Origin: Octopus bimaculoides
Taxonomy: Eukaryota
Assembly (NCBI RefSeq): GCF_001194135.2
Contig: NC_068981.1
Coordinates: forward strand, 79,109,775 to 79,160,711
DNA: 50,937 nucleotides
Direction of reading: 5' to 3'
Position numbers and translations under genes: made by a program
Shown here: positions 46,400 to 50,937 of the stretch, one piece after another
How positions within the stretch are numbered: position 1 is the first letter of the stretch
Layout: every line of letters begins with the position of its first letter
The notes under the pieces: model-generated
Database searches by the model: none
The model's input: the letters and a program-made list of their open reading frames with translations, nothing else
What the model was told of the DNA's origin: nothing

Positions 46400-47494
46400 T
46401 TGTTACATACCGAATACAGAAAGGCATAAGAAACATCAGATGGATTCGATCCACAAGAAGCTAATGAAAAAGATGTAAAACTTGAATGAACGGACGGACG
46501 AATGAACGAATGTACGTACGTACATGTATGTATGTACGTATGTATATATGTATGTATGTATGTATGCTTTTGACTCTGTTCTCCACTCGTAGATGCTAGG
46601 GGCCTTTTGATTTGTTAAAGTTCCAGAGAACATAATCGTAGCCATAGCCCATCTGACTTCGTCCTGAGCCAGCATCTTGAAGTTAAATACAAGAATTGTT
46701 TGTATTATCACTGATAAAATACAGTATCGCAGAGCTATATTCCAATGAGAGAGTATCTCGGTGATACTGTTCATATTTTCAGTAAACTCCTTGTCATTCA
46801 TGTTGAGGAAATCTGAAGAGTATCTCATTGGCTCACAGAAATACGAAAATTACACACGGCTTCTTTGTGGATGATTGGAAGCTGTAGGTCAAAAATATTC
46901 ATGAAATGAAAAAAAAAGAGCATAGACCTAATTACAACAATCTCAAAGGATATAAGATTAGAGTTTAGTCAGGATAAAATGTTCTTATATAGTTGTGAAA
47001 CGTAAGAAAACTGTAAACCAGACTAACAGCATATCTATCAATAACTTCACAGTTTCTCCTATACATGAAAAATGTATGTATGTATATATNNNNNNNNNNN
47101 NNNNNNNNNNNNNNNNNNNNNNNNNNNNNNNNNNNNNNNNNNNNNNNNNNNNNNNNNNNNNNNNNNNNNNNNNNNNNNNNNNNNNNNNNNNNNNNNNNNN
47201 NNNNNNNNNNCATACACAGACACTCAAACTTGCACACGCAAGGAGACAGGTACACAAACAAATACACACACCACATACAGACACACACACATATAAACAC
47301 ATTAAGCACATAGATATGCAGAATACATACATACAAACGTGCACACATGCACACACATATATATATGCATACACACAAACATGAAGAGTGCATACATACA
47401 TTTAGACGTGCGCACATGCATACATATATATATGCATGCATATATACATGCATACATACATATACACACATACATACATACATACATACATACA

Positions 47495-47529
<35 letters not shown>

Positions 47530-47850
47530 GTGTATACGCACGCACACTGACGCACACGCATGCGTTCAAAACAAAAATTAAAAAAAGAACGCAATTCCGA
47601 TAACGGACAAAGTCAACGACTATTGAAAAGGTTGCAAGTCGCAACGAAAATTTTAATAAAAATAAATAAATGAGTGGAAATTGGTGAGTGTGTTAAATTA
47701 ATAAGGCACTTAAAGAGAATGACTCACCCTAGACACAATAAAATATGCTTCAACACACGAATTCACATAGAGAATTTTGCAAACCAAATACAAAAATACA
47801 AATAACAGACCAGACATAGTGATTTGGACAGAGAAGGGAAACTATGTACG
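46400..47850 (+). mobile_element. Degenerate R4/Dong-clade element interrupted by microsatellites and a gap
   Basis: YRRAIFQ*ESISVILF; THGFFVDDWKL; SKDIRLEFSQDK; NNRPDIVIW near 47803. Confidence 0.7.
47280..47560. repeat. (CA)/(CATA)n microsatellite
   Basis: Direct reading. Confidence 0.9.
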
Positions 47851-48281
47851 GCAGTGGAAATCATTTGTCCAGTGGATGCCAATATATTTTTTTTAAGATT
47901 CGTGGTTCAACAATTTCACTTGAGCATAACCTCTTAGCTATAAGACTTGACGTTCTATTTGAGTTGTTTTGCCCTTATCACAACCTAAATGATTTCTTAC
48001 ATTATGTCGATACATGCTTCTGTCTTCTCCATTCATTAATTCAGAGCTTAGTTAAAATTATATCCATTGTAATTCTTTGGTCAATGAATAAGTTTTAATA
48101 GTAATGCGGAATATTGCAACAAGGTCTCAGCTAGAAGTGATTTTAATGATAAAATTAGGAATGATACCGATACAACCCCAAAACGAGCACATAATTGCAG
48201 CCCTCTTAATTCCCTAACGTCGATATGCCTCGTGACCATCATGCCTCGGTTATGAATAATATTTCTATAAGGATAGCTTAG

Positions 48282-48682
48282 CTATGTTGGGATATAGTGG
48301 TTAATCGCTCTCTTTTGACTAACAGTATACTTTCCAGAAATCATACGAATGGATGTGTAAACTTTGACCATTCTACGAATAGATGTAATAACGGGGTATT
48401 TGTTGGTATGAATGGGAATGATCACGATCATAAGGGTAATGTTAATGATAATGATATTCATAAGGACCAGGTGAATGGTGAGGGTAATAGTAGAAGTAAT
48501 CGCAGTGGTAGCATGTGTAACAATAGTGGTGACAGTAGTAATGATAATAATCATTGTAATTTAAGTAATAATAATATTAATAATCCTTCTGCTGATGAGT
48601 TTGAAACCGATGGGAATACCAGTACTATTTCAAGTCCAAATTCGCACCTTAACTTAGATAGAGTATGTAGATCGGTTTCGCG
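48282..48682 (+). CDS. Candidate internal exon encoding an Asn/Ser/Asp-rich low-complexity segment
   Basis: About 400 nt open frame that is not a simple repeat; ttag acceptor at 48281 and gtaaac donor at 48683; no domain recognised. Confidence 0.35.
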
Positions 48683-49065
48683 GTAAACGTTACAGAAGGA
48701 AGAATGTTATGTGGTATATCCTTTCATTTTGTAGCTTGGTGAAAAATTTTATCGCTAAAAATGTTTGTGAAATTTTAAATAGAAATTTTCTACCCTAACA
48801 TAAATTTCACAAGAGCTTTAATAAAAATACTGTTTTTCCACCACTCCTAACCTAACATCCGTTATCATGACCTCTAATCAATCCAAATTACTCGGCTGAG
48901 ATATTAATCCACCGCACCTCGGTAAAGTTTAGAGTAAAATAGAATCCTTCTAGCATAAGGAATGTAAGAAAAGCTATCCCCATTATCGGCCAAGCTGCAC
49001 CTGATAAACTGGATTTAATGTTTAGTAATCATTACCCCTCTGGATTAAGCTCGTTACTTATATTG

Positions 49066-49352
49066 GTTTCAAATTTTGGCACAAGGCCAGTAAATTCAGG
49101 GAGGGGATTAGTCGATTGTATAGGGCCCGGTATTCAACTGGTACTTATTTTATCGACTCCGAAGGAATGAAAGGTAAAGTCGACCTCAGTGGAATTTGAA
49201 CTGGAAACATAAAGTTCAGATTCCGCCGAGGTCGACTTTACCTTTCATCCTTTCGGGGTCGATTAAATAAGTGCCAGTTACGCACTGAGGTAGATGTTGT
49301 CGACTTAATCCCTTCCCCCAAATTTAAGGCTTTGTGCTTCCAGTAGAAAGAA
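49066..49352. mobile_element. Head-to-head pair of SINE family A copies (minus 49066-49212, plus 49213-49352)
   Basis: Cores read as reverse complements around a 10-nt centre (49203-49212). Confidence 0.9.
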
Positions 49353-49419
49353 TTACTATTATTATTATTGTTATTCTGAAAGACTCTCGGATAGTTCTTA
49401 ATTACCGGTTATTCTTTAC

Positions 49420-49650
49420 TTGAAAGCATGCAATAACAAATCACCAAAGGTTTCAAGTAGTGCCTTCTTCTCTTACTCAAAGAGACAATACTCTCCTTAG
49501 AATGCGAGCTGTACCCAACAATGCTGTCTTCTGGATCACCTCGAGCCCGACAGCAGCTCCAATATTTTTAATATGTTTTTCAAAGCCCTTGGAAACTGTT
49601 CCTAATGCTCCAATTACCATCGGTATCACCATTACGTTCCTCATGTCCAT
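49420..49650 (-). mobile_element. R4/Dong-clade 3' end
   Basis: VIPMVIGALGTVSKGFEKHIKNIG...IQKTALLGTARILRRVLSL*. Confidence 0.88.
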
Positions 49651-49651
49651 T

Positions 49652-50017
49652 ATTACCACCGCCTTCGCAAAGGCGGAGGTATTATTTTCAGTCGTGTTTG
49701 TTTGTCTGTGGACAAGATATCCCAAGAACCGCTGGATGGATTCAGATGAAACTTTCAGAGATGTTTGGCCTCGTGGCTGGCACGAACTGATTAGATCTTG
49801 GGATCGATCCCGTACTGGACAAGAATTCTGGATTATTTTTCTTGTTTTTTTTTTTTTTTTACTTAATTTTTGAGAGCGGTCGGGTTCATTTTTAGTATTC
49901 TCGTTTGTGAGAGCAGTCGAGTTTCAGATATTCTCATTTTAAAATCATCTCTAGCTAATTGTTGAGAGGACGTTGGTGTTGCCTTGGTGGAGATTTGCGT
50001 TCTCTGAGTGCTCTTGT

Positions 50018-50018
<1 letters not shown>
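49652..50018 (+). mobile_element. Helentron-associated (HINE/DINE-like) non-autonomous element
   Basis: attac start, 5' hairpin ccgcctt-cgca-aaggcgg, gtttgtttgtctgt tract, 3' ccttggtggag followed by hairpin gcgttc-tct-gagtgc and a T-rich end. Confidence 0.5.
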
Positions 50019-50101
<83 letters not shown>

Positions 50102-50118
50102 CATCATCATCATCGTCG

Positions 50119-50174
<56 letters not shown>

Positions 50175-50207
50175 ATTATTATTATTATTATTATTGTTAT
50201 TATTATT
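50018..50207. repeat. Compound (AAT)(TTA)(TCA)(GTT)(TTA) microsatellite
   Basis: Direct reading. Confidence 0.95.
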
Positions 50208-50437
50208 CAGTAGTCATATTTTGTTCACGTGCTTTCACTACACTACCGAGTGCAGCTCTGTGTGCCTTAGGTATTGTGCTGTGATTTGCTGTGATGCTCT
50301 TATGGTTATCATGCCTAATGCACTCACTATGATAGGAATTGTTTCTGTTTTCAGACTCGACATTCGAGTTACCTCTATTTCCAGGTCTTTGTATTTTGAA
50401 AGTTTCTCCATTTCTTTTAGAGAAACGTTGTCGTCAG
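50207..50437 (-). mobile_element. R4/Dong-clade 3' end, same family as 41605-41960, with internal deletion
   Basis: DDNVSLKEMEKLSKYKDLEIEVTRMSSLKTETIPIIVSALG; shared 3' UTR. Confidence 0.85.
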
Positions 50438-50792
50438 AGCAAGTATAAAAATCTTGAAATAGTAATTGGCAAAATGTGAAACCTTAAGACTAAAACAATA
50501 CCTGTTGTCACAGGTGCATTGGGAATGATAGCAAAAGGGGATGATTGTTACCTAGCTCAGATAGCAGGAAATCCAAAAATGGCAGAAATTCAAAAGATAG
50601 TGCTCATGGGAACTGCCCATATCCTACGTAAAATACTGTCTATGTAATCTCAAATTTTAAAACAAACTTATAACTTTGTTTTCTTAAACTTTCTCTAGAA
50701 CAATACTTTGTGCAAAACCAAATATATGGCACACTAGTCTTAACACCAGCTTGGGCTTCTAATTTTTGTCTCTTGAGGTCTCGAGTCAAACC

Positions 50793-50793
<1 letters not shown>
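50438..50793 (+). mobile_element. R4/Dong-clade 3' end, same family as 30498-30770
   Basis: SKYKNLEI...TIPVVTGALG...IQKIVLMGTAHILRKILSM*; ends in (AAT)n. Confidence 0.88.
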
Positions 50794-50885
<92 letters not shown>

Positions 50886-50937
50886 AAGAAGAAGAAGAAG
50901 AAGAAGAAGAAGAAGAAGAAGAAGAAGAAGAAGAAGA
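50794..50937. repeat. (AAT)n switching to (AAG)n
   Basis: Direct reading. Confidence 0.95.

Noticed and set aside
46436-46828. 130-aa minus-strand ORF as a host exon
   Set aside because: It is antisense to a decayed R4 RT (AIFQ*ESIS, FFVDDWKL on the plus strand) and ends in a microsatellite
48592-48612. CTGATGA-gttt-GAAAC as a hammerhead
   Set aside because: Only 4 nt between the core strands, so no helix II, and no GUH or helix III; simply encodes ADEFET

Overview
Eukaryotic, repeat-saturated draft-assembly window with no confidently identifiable host gene. It has many N gaps, mostly beside microsatellites. The SINE/LINE repertoire resembles that of octopus or other coleoid cephalopods (inference from recalled repeat families; no search was run). 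Contents: about 13 fragments of R4/Dong-clade (RLE) non-LTR retrotransposons, mostly bounded by (AAT)n-type microsatellites; two Tx1/L1-clade LINE remnants; three CR1-like LINE remnants; a truncated CsRn1-clade Ty3/Gypsy element; a full-length but decayed piggyBac; two mariners (one nearly intact); hAT-like MITEs; a Helentron/HINE-like element; four tRNA-derived SINE families; and Penelope-type remnants. The most notable signal is a 1.5-kb cluster (19993-21495) of three long inverted repeats carrying hammerhead-ribozyme-like motifs. The first is a 284-bp palindrome with a type I hammerhead core in each arm, on opposite strands. All alignments and folds were done by eye.
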